DNA from: a virus
Lineage: Duplodnaviria; Caudoviricetes
DNA: 26,834 nucleotides
Reading direction: 5' to 3' (one strand)
Virus record (IMG/VR): IMGVR_UViG_3300012663_000751
Coordinates: 1 to 26,834 of that record
A program made the position numbers and the translations under genes. Below are positions 9,405 to 17,075 of this stretch, in pieces. The stretch's first letter is position 1; the number at the start of each line of letters is the position of its first letter. The notes beneath the pieces are model-generated. The model was not told the origin of the DNA, ran no database searches, and was given only the letters and a program-made list of their open reading frames with translations.

Positions 9405-9607
9405 TTGTCAATGTGTATTAAAAAACTTATTTTCCTATTCAATGTAGGATACTGGCTCAATAACCATAAAGTTAATTGATCTTGTTCTATTCCATCAATA
9501 TGAAACTCTGCATAAGTATGTATTTTATGTCCTTGCAAGACTGGGTCCTGTTGTAAATGCTCTGGAATCTCTGACAACTTAATTACTGATTTTGTTATTG
9601 TCTTCAT
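9401..9607 (-). CDS. Small hypothetical protein, last gene fed by the cassette junction repeat
   Basis: 68 aa; start codon lies inside ACAAGAACAATGA. Confidence 0.7.
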   Translation of the reverse strand: MKTITKSVIKLSEIPEHLQQDPVLQGHKIHTYAEFHIDGIEQDQLTLWLLSQYPTLNRKISFLIHIDK

Positions 9608-9720
9608 TGTTCTTGTGCATCATTATATAACATATACACCCTTTCTAAAATCTCTTCTTTGAGCTCATCTGTTAATGTTTGTAAATCCAAATCATTTAAC
9701 CATTGTTCAAAATCTTCCAT
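9604..9720 (-). CDS. Cassette peptide (38 aa)
   Basis: Manual: MEDFEQWLNDLDLQTLTDELKEEILERVYMLYNDAQEQ; bounded by junction repeats. Confidence 0.6.
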   Translation of the reverse strand: MEDFEQWLNDLDLQTLTDELKEEILERVYMLYNDAQEQ

Positions 9721-9732
9721 TGTTCTTGTTGT

Positions 9733-9786
9733 TTAAAATTTAATTTGTTTTTTACTTCTTAAGTATTTCAAGTGTAATTCTTTCAT
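9733..9786 (-). CDS. 17-aa mini-ORF or cassette remnant
   Basis: Manual: MKELHLKYLRSKKQIKF between two near-perfect repeats 66 nt apart. Confidence 0.35.
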   Translation of the reverse strand: MKELHLKYLRSKKQIKF

Positions 9787-9980
9787 TGTTCTTGTTGTTT
9801 AAATGTTTCGTTAAAGTATTGTTCTGATATTTCTGTAGTACCAATAGAACTTCTATATCCTTGATAATGAGCATTTATAATCTGCTCCTTATGCATTTCT
9901 TTGGCTTTATCAATGTCATATTGATATATAGCACCTTGAAGCGCATACATGTGCAATAAGTATTCTACTGCTGTTTTCAT
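9783..9980 (-). CDS. MKTAVE-family cassette protein
   Basis: MKTAVEY...KEQI...EQYFNETFKQQEQ; paralog of 10625 and 11082. Confidence 0.8.
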   Translation of the reverse strand: MKTAVEYLLHMYALQGAIYQYDIDKAKEMHKEQIINAHYQGYRSSIGTTEISEQYFNETFKQQEQ

Positions 9981-10135
9981 TGTTCTTGTTTAAATAGTTC
10001 AAGTTCTTCAATTACATCTTTTAAGTTTTCAATCACTTCATTTATTTCAAGTAAATCACTTTTAAAAATAGTAGTTTCAATTTCATTTACTTTTAATTCT
10101 AAAAATGCGTGTGTTCTTTTTATTGTTACTTTCAT
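9977..10135 (-). CDS. Cassette peptide (52 aa)
   Basis: Manual: MKVTIKRTHAFLELKVNEIETTIFKSDLLEINEVIENLKDVIEELELFKQEQ. Confidence 0.7.
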   Translation of the reverse strand: MKVTIKRTHAFLELKVNEIETTIFKSDLLEINEVIENLKDVIEELELFKQEQ

Positions 10136-10269
10136 TGTTCTTGTTGTTTAAAATGATTAATAATTATTCGTGTTTTACGCATCCACAGCCAACGCTTAAA
10201 CTTAAACCATCTTCTTAACTTCTTATGCCAATGGTCGTCCTTTAATCTTTTAGCCGCTTCTTTTATCAT
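10132..10269 (-). CDS. Cassette peptide (45 aa, Trp/Arg/Lys-rich)
   Basis: Manual: MIKEAAKRLKDDHWHKKLRRWFKFKRWLWMRKTRIIINHFKQQEQ. Confidence 0.65.
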   Translation of the reverse strand: MIKEAAKRLKDDHWHKKLRRWFKFKRWLWMRKTRIIINHFKQQEQ

Positions 10270-10460
10270 TGTTTTTGTCTTCTTAGTTCTGCAAGTAAAG
10301 CGTCTGCAAACTTTACGGCCATGATATCAATATCTCCCCTGTAATCAGAGGCTAACATTCCCTGCATTGCCAACCCTGCAAAGTATTCACGCTTGGTTAG
10401 GCCTACAAATTCTGTTTCTTTGTAATATGTAGGTGTAATTGGTTGTTCTCCATTTTTCAT
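10266..10460 (-). CDS. Small conserved phage protein (GLTKREYFA...AMQG family)
   Basis: GLTKREYFAGLAMQG...ADALLAEL, a widespread phage motif of unknown function. Confidence 0.8.
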   Translation of the reverse strand: MKNGEQPITPTYYKETEFVGLTKREYFAGLAMQGMLASDYRGDIDIMAVKFADALLAELRRQKQ

Positions 10461-10479
10461 TGTTCTTGTTGTTTAAAGG

Positions 10480-10623
10480 TTAATAAAATTCTTGTTTTAC
10501 GGTGTAGCCACTTTTATTTGTTCTTTCCCAACAAAATATAACACTTGCACCCATATTAAATTGGTATCTATTTCTATACCAAACACCACCCCGAAACTTT
10601 CTATACCATTGAAATCTGCTCAT
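10480..10623 (-). CDS. Cassette peptide (47 aa)
   Basis: Manual: MSRFQWYRKFRGGVWYRNRYQFNMGASVIFCWERTNKSGYTVKQEFY; stops just before an intact, untranslated repeat. Confidence 0.6.
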   Translation of the reverse strand: MSRFQWYRKFRGGVWYRNRYQFNMGASVIFCWERTNKSGYTVKQEFY

Positions 10624-10624
10624 A

Positions 10625-10897
10625 TCACTTTGTTTTAAATGTTTTATTAAAGTATTCTTCTGATTTTATTTCTTCTGTCAAAAGATTGAAATCTTTTATT
10701 CCATATTCTCCATTCCAACCTTCCGCACTTGCCATAAAACCATTATTTCTTGCCTCAATAACCTGCTCCTTTTCCATTTGTAATGCTTGTTCAAAGTATT
10801 CAGATAAGTCAGAATCTTCATACCATCTTGCCAATAATTCTTTATCAACACTTTCAAATACAATTTGTGATTGCAACCATTCTACTGCTGTTTTCAT
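10625..10897 (-). CDS. MKTAVE-family cassette protein
   Basis: MKTAVEWL...MEKEQVIEA...SEEYFNKTFK. Confidence 0.8.
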   Translation of the reverse strand: MKTAVEWLQSQIVFESVDKELLARWYEDSDLSEYFEQALQMEKEQVIEARNNGFMASAEGWNGEYGIKDFNLLTEEIKSEEYFNKTFKTK

Positions 10898-11085
10898 TGT
10901 TCTTGTTGTTTTGAACTTGCCGGAATTTCCGGATAGTTGGATTTTTTAAAGGTTACTTTACATCTTTCACAAGTGGAATTACTTGCAATTCTATTGTCCA
11001 AAGGCACATAACCAAACTCTTCAATGTAATCATTCATTGAGGCAGTCCATTTATGCCATCCAAATAAGCATAGTATTCTTTTCAT
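10894..11085 (-). CDS. DUF1660-like small Cys/His protein in cassette array
   Basis: ILCLFGWHKW...CERC; ends KQQEQ. Confidence 0.7.
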   Translation of the reverse strand: MKRILCLFGWHKWTASMNDYIEEFGYVPLDNRIASNSTCERCKVTFKKSNYPEIPASSKQQEQ

Positions 11086-11303
11086 TGTTCTTGTTTAAAG
11101 GTTTGGTTATAGTAATTCTCTGCCGTTATATTTACACCATCAAAATAATCAGCGCCAAAAATATCTCCTTGGGTAAATGCTGACATAACTTGTTCACGGT
11201 GCTTTTCTAATGCTTTTACTATGCATGGCTCATCCATTGCAACATTGAGCCCCGTCAACTTATTTATTTCTTCTACTACAAATTCTACTGCTGTTTTCAT
11301 CAT
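11082..11303 (-). CDS. MKTAVE-family cassette protein
   Basis: MKTAVEF...HREQV...AENYYNQTFKQEQ. Confidence 0.8.
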   Translation of the reverse strand: MMKTAVEFVVEEINKLTGLNVAMDEPCIVKALEKHREQVMSAFTQGDIFGADYFDGVNITAENYYNQTFKQEQ

Positions 11304-11857
11304 TGTTGTTTAAGTATGTTAGTATATCTCTTACCTTTTAACTCATCAATAGATATAGGTCTATAATCAATCAAATGAGCATCTACATTAAAGTACTTAT
11401 CTAATGTTGGAGCCGGTTTACTACCTTCATCCGTGTATGCATTACTGACTATAACTTCCTCAAGTTTATTTACATGATGAATATGTGCATGAATATTTCC
11501 CCGGTAGAACTGTACTTCATTAGGATGGATAGGTACATGAGTAACAATAAATCCTTTGTAGTCTACAGCTCCGGCAACACCATCTACATAAAGTAGTAGC
11601 TCTTTAACATTCTGATGTCTATCATGATTACCAAGAACTACTATCTTCCTGCCATTTAATTGGTCTAGCTTATAGTAATCTAAGGATTTCTCCATAGTAA
11701 CATCACCTACAATATAGGTAGTGTCTCTTTTAGATACCATTAGATTCCATCTTTTAATAAGATGCTCATCATGCTCTTCAGCATTATCAAATCCTCTATG
11801 CCTTGCTATACTAGCATGTCCTAAATGTAGACATCCTATGAACCTAACTATACTCAT
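11300..11857 (-). CDS. Calcineurin-like phosphoesterase (small phage type)
   Basis: GCLHLGH, VGDV, LGNHD, THVP, HAHIH and NVD motifs. Confidence 0.88.
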   Translation of the reverse strand: MSIVRFIGCLHLGHASIARHRGFDNAEEHDEHLIKRWNLMVSKRDTTYIVGDVTMEKSLDYYKLDQLNGRKIVVLGNHDRHQNVKELLLYVDGVAGAVDYKGFIVTHVPIHPNEVQFYRGNIHAHIHHVNKLEEVIVSNAYTDEGSKPAPTLDKYFNVDAHLIDYRPISIDELKGKRYTNILKQQ

Positions 11858-11986
11858 TTTTATGTGTTTTTAACAGTGTTGTCTTAATCCATCTTTTTGT
11901 GAAAAAATCACATTTTATGCTGGTTTTAACCCACATAATCGGATATTAACCGGTTAAATAGGTCAAAAATGACACTTTTTTGTGAT

Positions 11987-12190
11987 TTACTTATCCTCAA
12001 TATTAAGGTATCCAATAATAATACCTACACCTGTAAATGTACCCACAGTGTAAACTATTTCAGCTTTACCAATAGGTTCCCAATTACATGTACACATCTT
12101 GTATATACATCTGATTTCTCCAAAAAGTGCGGCTGCACCAAGTAAAATTGGTAATAATGTTATTAGAACTACCCCTGCTTTATTTTTCAT
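11987..12190 (-). CDS. Small two-TM membrane protein
   Basis: Start at ATG 12190 (MKNKAG); two hydrophobic segments. Confidence 0.65.
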   Translation of the reverse strand: MKNKAGVVLITLLPILLGAAALFGEIRCIYKMCTCNWEPIGKAEIVYTVGTFTGVGIIIGYLNIEDK

Positions 12191-12374
12191 TTCTTGTGTT
12201 TTTGTAATCAATAATAAATCCTACTGCTACAATAATATTCATACCCATGGACATGAGTATCTCATGTATGTCTTTGTATACATTCATACTAAGGTGTACA
12301 TGACCTACCATCCAAAATGGTATGGACAAGTTTTGGCTTATCCATACCAAGGTATATCTAATAAAGTGTCTCAA
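12180..12374 (-). CDS. Small membrane protein
   Basis: 64 aa, WISQNLSIPFWMVGHVHL; hydrophobic. Confidence 0.7.
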   Translation of the reverse strand: MRHFIRYTLVWISQNLSIPFWMVGHVHLSMNVYKDIHEILMSMGMNIIVAVGFIIDYKNTRNEK

Positions 12375-12835
12375 GGTTTAGCAACATAATTTACAGCAGC
12401 TGTTGAACCGCTCATAGAATATGTATACAATGTTTTAATTGTTTCAGAACAATCAAAATCATTAATTCTAATTTTTATTGTGCTGGCAGCTTTAAAGTCA
12501 GCATAAAAATCTTCATTAAGTAAATCTACAGATATAACAGCAATAGGATCTTCATCACCATATAATGGACATGATCTTCCGTATTGCTTATTTACACCAT
12601 TTACTTGAAAAGATAGTTCTACAAATACAGGACCATCCCCACAGTAAGCTTCACCACCTACAAAGAAGACAACATCATCATCAACATTCTCTAACTTAAG
12701 ATATACAGACTTCTTTTCACCTGTATATGCAATCTTAGATGGAATATCAAATCCATTATCTAATTTGTTTGTCATCCATTGTGCATTAGAAGTAAAACTC
12801 AATGCAATAATTCCTACTAATAATAATCTTTTCAT
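12371..12835 (-). CDS. Secreted/periplasmic protein
   Basis: Bacteroidota-style signal peptide MKRLLLVGIIALSFTSNA|Q. Confidence 0.75.
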   Translation of the reverse strand: MKRLLLVGIIALSFTSNAQWMTNKLDNGFDIPSKIAYTGEKKSVYLKLENVDDDVVFFVGGEAYCGDGPVFVELSFQVNGVNKQYGRSCPLYGDEDPIAVISVDLLNEDFYADFKAASTIKIRINDFDCSETIKTLYTYSMSGSTAAVNYVAKP

Positions 12836-12838
12836 AAT

Positions 12839-13033
12839 TTAATTTTTTGTGTTGTACAAATGATTTAAGTAACCTAATTTCCAACCTTTTGCAGTCTTAG
12901 ACCAGTCCTTAACTTTTACAAATTTATAAGTTTCTTTTTTCTTTGTAACTGGTTTAGGTCTAGTAAGATATGCAATAATTGGTATCCATATCATGAGGCT
13001 AAGTACAATTATAATTCTAGTCTCCTTCCTCAT
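12839..13033 (-). CDS. Single-TM basic protein
   Basis: 64 aa with N-terminal TM helix. Confidence 0.6.
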   Translation of the reverse strand: MRKETRIIIVLSLMIWIPIIAYLTRPKPVTKKKETYKFVKVKDWSKTAKGWKLGYLNHLYNTKN

Positions 13034-13311
13034 TATTTATCCTTTGGATATCTTTTTGCAATTTCTCTCTGCTCTGATCTTCTGAGTTCTTCTTCCCAGA
13101 AGTCTTGAGCTTGTGCAACCTTTGCAATCTCTCTTGGATTTTCTTGTTTAACTCTGAATAGTCTAATTTTCTCTTGTTCTCTTTCATACTCTTCCCAGTT
13201 ATAAATTTGTAACTCTTTCATTTTAGCCATATCAGCAAGAGTCATTTCTTCTGGAACTTTGCCCATATTCTCTTGCATGATCTGCATATAAACTTCTTTC
13301 ATTCTGCCCAT
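13033..13311 (-). CDS. Hypothetical charged helical protein
   Basis: 92 aa, starts MGRMKEVYM. Confidence 0.65.
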   Translation of the reverse strand: MGRMKEVYMQIMQENMGKVPEEMTLADMAKMKELQIYNWEEYEREQEKIRLFRVKQENPREIAKVAQAQDFWEEELRRSEQREIAKRYPKDK

Positions 13312-13733
13312 AATTTCATAGATTTTTCAAGTAAATGTGCAACTGTAGTTCTAACATCTTTATGCCCAAATAAGTCTCTAACTAAAGTCAGCTTTTTAAA
13401 TAGTTTATCATCAACAGTTATTTGTATTGTTCTCTGTCTTTGTGATTTAATAGCATGACTTTTACTAAAATCAAAGGGAAACAATTGAGCATATACATAT
13501 ACATTTTCTTTATATGCAGCATCATCTTTAAATTGAACTGGCAATCTTCTATTGTAGTTTACCTTTTCTCTTTTAAGCCCTGTTAATTTTGCAATTGTAT
13601 GTTCAGATAAACCAAATTTTTGATGTAGAATACCAATTAAATAGCTTCTTTGATCAACAACATTTCTCTTGCGGGTCTTTTGGTCTAGAGAACTAAGTTC
13701 TTTGATAATTTCTTCTTTAGTATACTCTTCCAT
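13299..13733 (-). CDS. Putative DNA-binding protein: DnaA domain IV-like HTH plus C-terminal ribbon-helix-helix
   Basis: KTRKRNVVDQRSYLIGIL...GLSEHTIAKLTG and RTIQITVDDKLFKKL...VAHLL patterns. Confidence 0.55.
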   Translation of the reverse strand: MEEYTKEEIIKELSSLDQKTRKRNVVDQRSYLIGILHQKFGLSEHTIAKLTGLKREKVNYNRRLPVQFKDDAAYKENVYVYAQLFPFDFSKSHAIKSQRQRTIQITVDDKLFKKLTLVRDLFGHKDVRTTVAHLLEKSMKLWAE

Positions 13734-13735
13734 AA

Positions 13736-14005
13736 TTAAATTAATTCTAAGTCAGCTTCTTTTACTACTTCTTCTTCTAAGTTAGCAACCTGATCATCTA
13801 ATGGTACAAATCTATCAGCATCATAGTATTCATATGGAAAACAGTCAGCAGACATTTGTACCTCTTTTAGAAGTACACCGTATCTGCCATCCTGTAATCC
13901 CATCTTTACTACTTTGATAATAGTATAAGTTTCTCCTTTTTTGATCCATTGCGCAATAGGAATCTTAGCAGGCTTATTGCTGCTGTTCAGGCATATCACC
14001 TTCAT
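13736..14005 (-). CDS. Small SH3-like hypothetical protein
   Basis: MKVICLN...KKGETYTII...YDADRF. Confidence 0.7.
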   Translation of the reverse strand: MKVICLNSSNKPAKIPIAQWIKKGETYTIIKVVKMGLQDGRYGVLLKEVQMSADCFPYEYYDADRFVPLDDQVANLEEEVVKEADLELI

Positions 14006-14240
14006 ACTCTTCCATTTTTACTTTTAAACCAAGAGCTTCTAAAGATTCTCTCATGGTTTCAATCTGAGCCCAACATCCATGTTTAATAGTACACTTGCCC
14101 GCAAGGTCAGCAACTAGAGCACACTGTTCTGCTTGTTGTGGTTCATGTCCACAGTATTTGATCAAACAAGCCATAACATAAGAAAAGCTGTTTTTATCAT
14201 CATTGTACAATATAAGTTTATGATCTTCTGGTAGTTCCAT
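13974..14240 (-). CDS. clpS: ClpS-like N-degron adaptor
   Basis: LILYNDDKNSFSYV...CGHEPQQAEQCAL...GKCTIKHG...GL matches the Bacteroidota ClpS pattern. Confidence 0.85.
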   Translation of the reverse strand: MELPEDHKLILYNDDKNSFSYVMACLIKYCGHEPQQAEQCALVADLAGKCTIKHGCWAQIETMRESLEALGLKVKMEEYEGDMPEQQQ

Positions 14241-14244
14241 TTTA

Positions 14245-15339
14245 CTAGTTCAATTTTAAATTATAATCCATCCAGAGAATTTTACTCTGATCAAATCCTT
14301 CAAGAGCTTCTTTAACCCATTTCTCATCCACAGTATCCATATAACAGAGTATATGTACAATAGCTTTTTCATCTGGATTAAGGCGGAGCAATCTACCAAT
14401 TCTCTGTGCTGCTTTTCTCTCATTACCATATGCATGCATAATGATACCTTGTCTTAAATCAGGTATGTTAATACCCTCATTCAACTGCAGTACACAAGAT
14501 AGTTGCTTGATCTTACCTTCTTTGAATAATAACAAGTTATCTTCAGAACTCTTATTACCACTGTGATAACTATATCTGCATAGTTTATCTGCTTGATCCT
14601 GAGTATTGGCAAAGACAATACACTTAGAATTAATACTCTCTAGTAATTTCTTGGTGTATTTCTCTTTAGTAGAATATTCCATGAGAGCTTTCATTCTCAT
14701 AACCCGGAGCATATGCATGTTACCAGAACCTACATCAATTCTTCTAGACCAGTAAATATAATTATCATACTCTGAAGTAACAAAAGATTTATTCTTCATT
14801 ACTGCTTGATAACCTTTGCACTTGTTTAGTTCAAGCTCGTGTACAACAATCTGGTAATCATTAATGATACCATTCTCAATAGCATCATCAGCTTTAAAAG
14901 TATAAACTACAGGACAGAACTGACCAACCATTATTCCTTTCTCAGAACTGCTGTGTTTAGGTGGGGTACCAGTTAAACCTAGTATCCCACCTTTGTACAC
15001 ATCAAGAAATGTTCTATGAGAATCAAGAAGAGAATGACATTCATCTAAGTATACATAATCATATTCATTTGGATCTCTTTTTGATAAACCAATATATGTA
15101 GAGAAAGTAATTCTCTTTAACAAATCTTGTTTACCAAACTTTACAGCATCATCAGACCAAGACTGAAAGATAGATTTCTTTGGAGCAACTACTAATACAT
15201 TTTGCATAGCATTAGTATTTCTCTCCATGTGTAATAGGCCAACAAGGGTCTTACCGACCCCTGTACCTAATACTACGGAACATCTCCGTCTCCCTTCTGT
15301 TGCCTTTAATGCTTCTTCTTGAATCTCTTCTCTTTTCAT
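14245..15339 (-). CDS. Superfamily 2 helicase (ResIII/DExH)
   Basis: GTGVGKT, DECH, GLTGT, EGINIP and QRIGRLLR motifs. Confidence 0.9.
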   Translation of the reverse strand: MKREEIQEEALKATEGRRRCSVVLGTGVGKTLVGLLHMERNTNAMQNVLVVAPKKSIFQSWSDDAVKFGKQDLLKRITFSTYIGLSKRDPNEYDYVYLDECHSLLDSHRTFLDVYKGGILGLTGTPPKHSSSEKGIMVGQFCPVVYTFKADDAIENGIINDYQIVVHELELNKCKGYQAVMKNKSFVTSEYDNYIYWSRRIDVGSGNMHMLRVMRMKALMEYSTKEKYTKKLLESINSKCIVFANTQDQADKLCRYSYHSGNKSSEDNLLLFKEGKIKQLSCVLQLNEGINIPDLRQGIIMHAYGNERKAAQRIGRLLRLNPDEKAIVHILCYMDTVDEKWVKEALEGFDQSKILWMDYNLKLN

Positions 15340-16103
15340 TATTTAGTTAAATTGAAAATGTTTTTGCTAATAAATGCTTCAGCAGCACCTGTATCACTCA
15401 TAGCTTTAACAGTCTTAATATGCTTATCAAGATTAGCTAATGCTTTGTTGTGATCATAAGTACCCCAAGCACGCATAAATACTTGTAAGAATTGGTGCTT
15501 AACCCAACGGTCAGCTCTACCAATCTTTAAAAAGAAATCATTGAATGCTTTAGCCATTTCTTGTGCATCAGGATTAGTAATTCTAAACTTACCTGACTTT
15601 AACAATTGGCTTCCGGATACAACAGCAGAAGTACCTTTTGTACATAATGCAGCCAACATTAATGGCTCAATGTCATACATAAGGCGTAAGTTAAATAAAG
15701 TATTGTAATCAGGAATGTGCATCTTAAATGCATTAACATAGTTTAATAATGTCCATGACTTAGATGAATTGTTAAGCATGGCCATTTTATTAACCAAGTC
15801 AATGTCATTATCTGTATCAATGACAATATAAGGAATCTCTAAGTCTTCTGCACAAAGAGCTTTAAATAGATGTTGACCATCTATAACGTAGATTCTCTCT
15901 GTACCATCAATAAACTTGACTTTAACACAGATAACAGGTCTTATAACACCCATTGATCTAATACTTGCTACCATCTTCTGAACATGCTTAGAATCTGTGA
16001 TTCTGTTAATGTTCTCAAGAAAGTAAAACTTGTTGTAGTCTTTGCTAAATTTAATTTTCTTCAATAGTGATAAAGCATTTTTTAAATCATTTTTCATAAT
16101 CAT
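15339..16103 (-). CDS. ParB/Srx-like N-terminal domain protein
   Basis: INR...HVQKMVASI...YVIDGQH...LNNSSKSW. Confidence 0.75.
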   Translation of the reverse strand: MIMKNDLKNALSLLKKIKFSKDYNKFYFLENINRITDSKHVQKMVASIRSMGVIRPVICVKVKFIDGTERIYVIDGQHLFKALCAEDLEIPYIVIDTDNDIDLVNKMAMLNNSSKSWTLLNYVNAFKMHIPDYNTLFNLRLMYDIEPLMLAALCTKGTSAVVSGSQLLKSGKFRITNPDAQEMAKAFNDFFLKIGRADRWVKHQFLQVFMRAWGTYDHNKALANLDKHIKTVKAMSDTGAAEAFISKNIFNLTK

Positions 16104-16125
16104 AATTTTTAATCAATAAATAAAA

Positions 16126-16536
16126 TCATTTTAACCAGCCTAATACTCTGGCTTCTGCAGGGTTATTGTGAATATGGTTATGACAGTTCCTGCATACTGC
16201 TAACCATGTACTTTGTACCAAATAGAAAGCATCTCTGTTAGAGCCGGCAAATTTATGGTGCACATCAGTACTACCATTCATACAGCCGGCTACAGAGACC
16301 TGACATATTGGATTTTCAGTAAGAAATCTTTCTCTCAGTTTGAGATACTCAAGATCTTTCTTTTTCTTTTTAGAAGAAACCTGAGGGACTTTGTAGTCGT
16401 TTGGTTTCTGTGTACTGTCACTATTAATGGCTTTTTGGCAACTCCAGCAATATTTACAGTATTTAAATCCCTCATGGTTCTTCCATATGACAGTCTGTTT
16501 ACCACAGGCGTCACATTCTTTAAGCTTTGACTTCAT
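16126..16536 (-). CDS. HNH-type endonuclease with N-terminal zinc finger
   Basis: CDAC/CKYC, then CQV...C...STDVHH...WLAVCRNCHNHIH. Confidence 0.75.
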   Translation of the reverse strand: MKSKLKECDACGKQTVIWKNHEGFKYCKYCWSCQKAINSDSTQKPNDYKVPQVSSKKKKKDLEYLKLRERFLTENPICQVSVAGCMNGSTDVHHKFAGSNRDAFYLVQSTWLAVCRNCHNHIHNNPAEARVLGWLK

Positions 16537-17023
16537 ATTTTAATCTAGGTAGTGCTAATGGTGCATCTTTTAAATCTAAAAAGTTTTTTGGTAAGATACC
16601 TTCAGCAATAAAGATAGCAATAATATCTTGCTTCTCAATACCTAAATCTTTAAAAGTTAAAGTGTTCTTAAACTTCTCATCTGTCTCAGTATCAGCCAAT
16701 AAAAACTGAGTAATGGGACTATTTGGGAAGAAAGTATTAAAGATTGCATTAGAATACTGAATGGTTACTTGTTGCTTAAACTTATTAAGTGTAACTTGAG
16801 CACGCTTGTAAACATTAATAATCCTTTGCTTTTTCTTACTACACATAGTAGCAAGTTCTTTCTCTGTCAGAGCATCTAAACCATAAAGTGCTCTCTTGTA
16901 GAGATAATTCTGATAGGCTGTAAACCCATCTTGTTCATACTGTACATAAGTCTTACCTGCATACAGTTGGTAATTTCTTACCTGTTCTTTTAGCTTTTCC
17001 ATAATATACATTGGTTTAATCAT
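16520..17023 (-). CDS. Hypothetical phage protein
   Basis: 167-aa ORF in operon. Confidence 0.75.
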   Translation of the reverse strand: MIKPMYIMEKLKEQVRNYQLYAGKTYVQYEQDGFTAYQNYLYKRALYGLDALTEKELATMCSKKKQRIINVYKRAQVTLNKFKQQVTIQYSNAIFNTFFPNSPITQFLLADTETDEKFKNTLTFKDLGIEKQDIIAIFIAEGILPKNFLDLKDAPLALPRLKYEVKA

Positions 17024-17053
17024 AAAATAGAAAAGGGGATATTTCTACCCCCT
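17024..17053 (-). terminator. Rho-independent terminator (putative)
   Basis: Minus strand: G-rich/C-rich hairpin (GGGGGT...ATCCCC) followed by TTTTCTATTTT. Confidence 0.55.
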
Positions 17054-17075
17054 AATCACATCAATCAACAACTTT

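Larger units (their letters stand above)
9603..11313 (-). repeat. Dispersed gene-junction repeat, consensus TTTAAACAACAAGAACAATGA (11 copies, 2-3 degenerate)
   Basis: Copies at about 9603-9616, 9718-9738, 9781-9803, 9975-9994, 10130-10153, 10266-10278, 10455-10477, 10625-10639, 10892-10912, 11080-11099 and 11300-11313. Confidence 0.92.

Noticed and set aside
9603-11313. CRISPR array
   Set aside because: Spacing is irregular (about 65-270 nt), intervals are ORFs, the repeat is non-palindromic and degenerate, and there are no cas genes.
1053-16709. Shadow ORFs in the track (1053, 1852, 2772, 4789, 5319, 5678, 6010, 7561, 8292, 10686, 10983, 12099, 13273, 16213, 16527)
   Set aside because: They lie antisense to or out of frame within better-supported genes and lack motifs.
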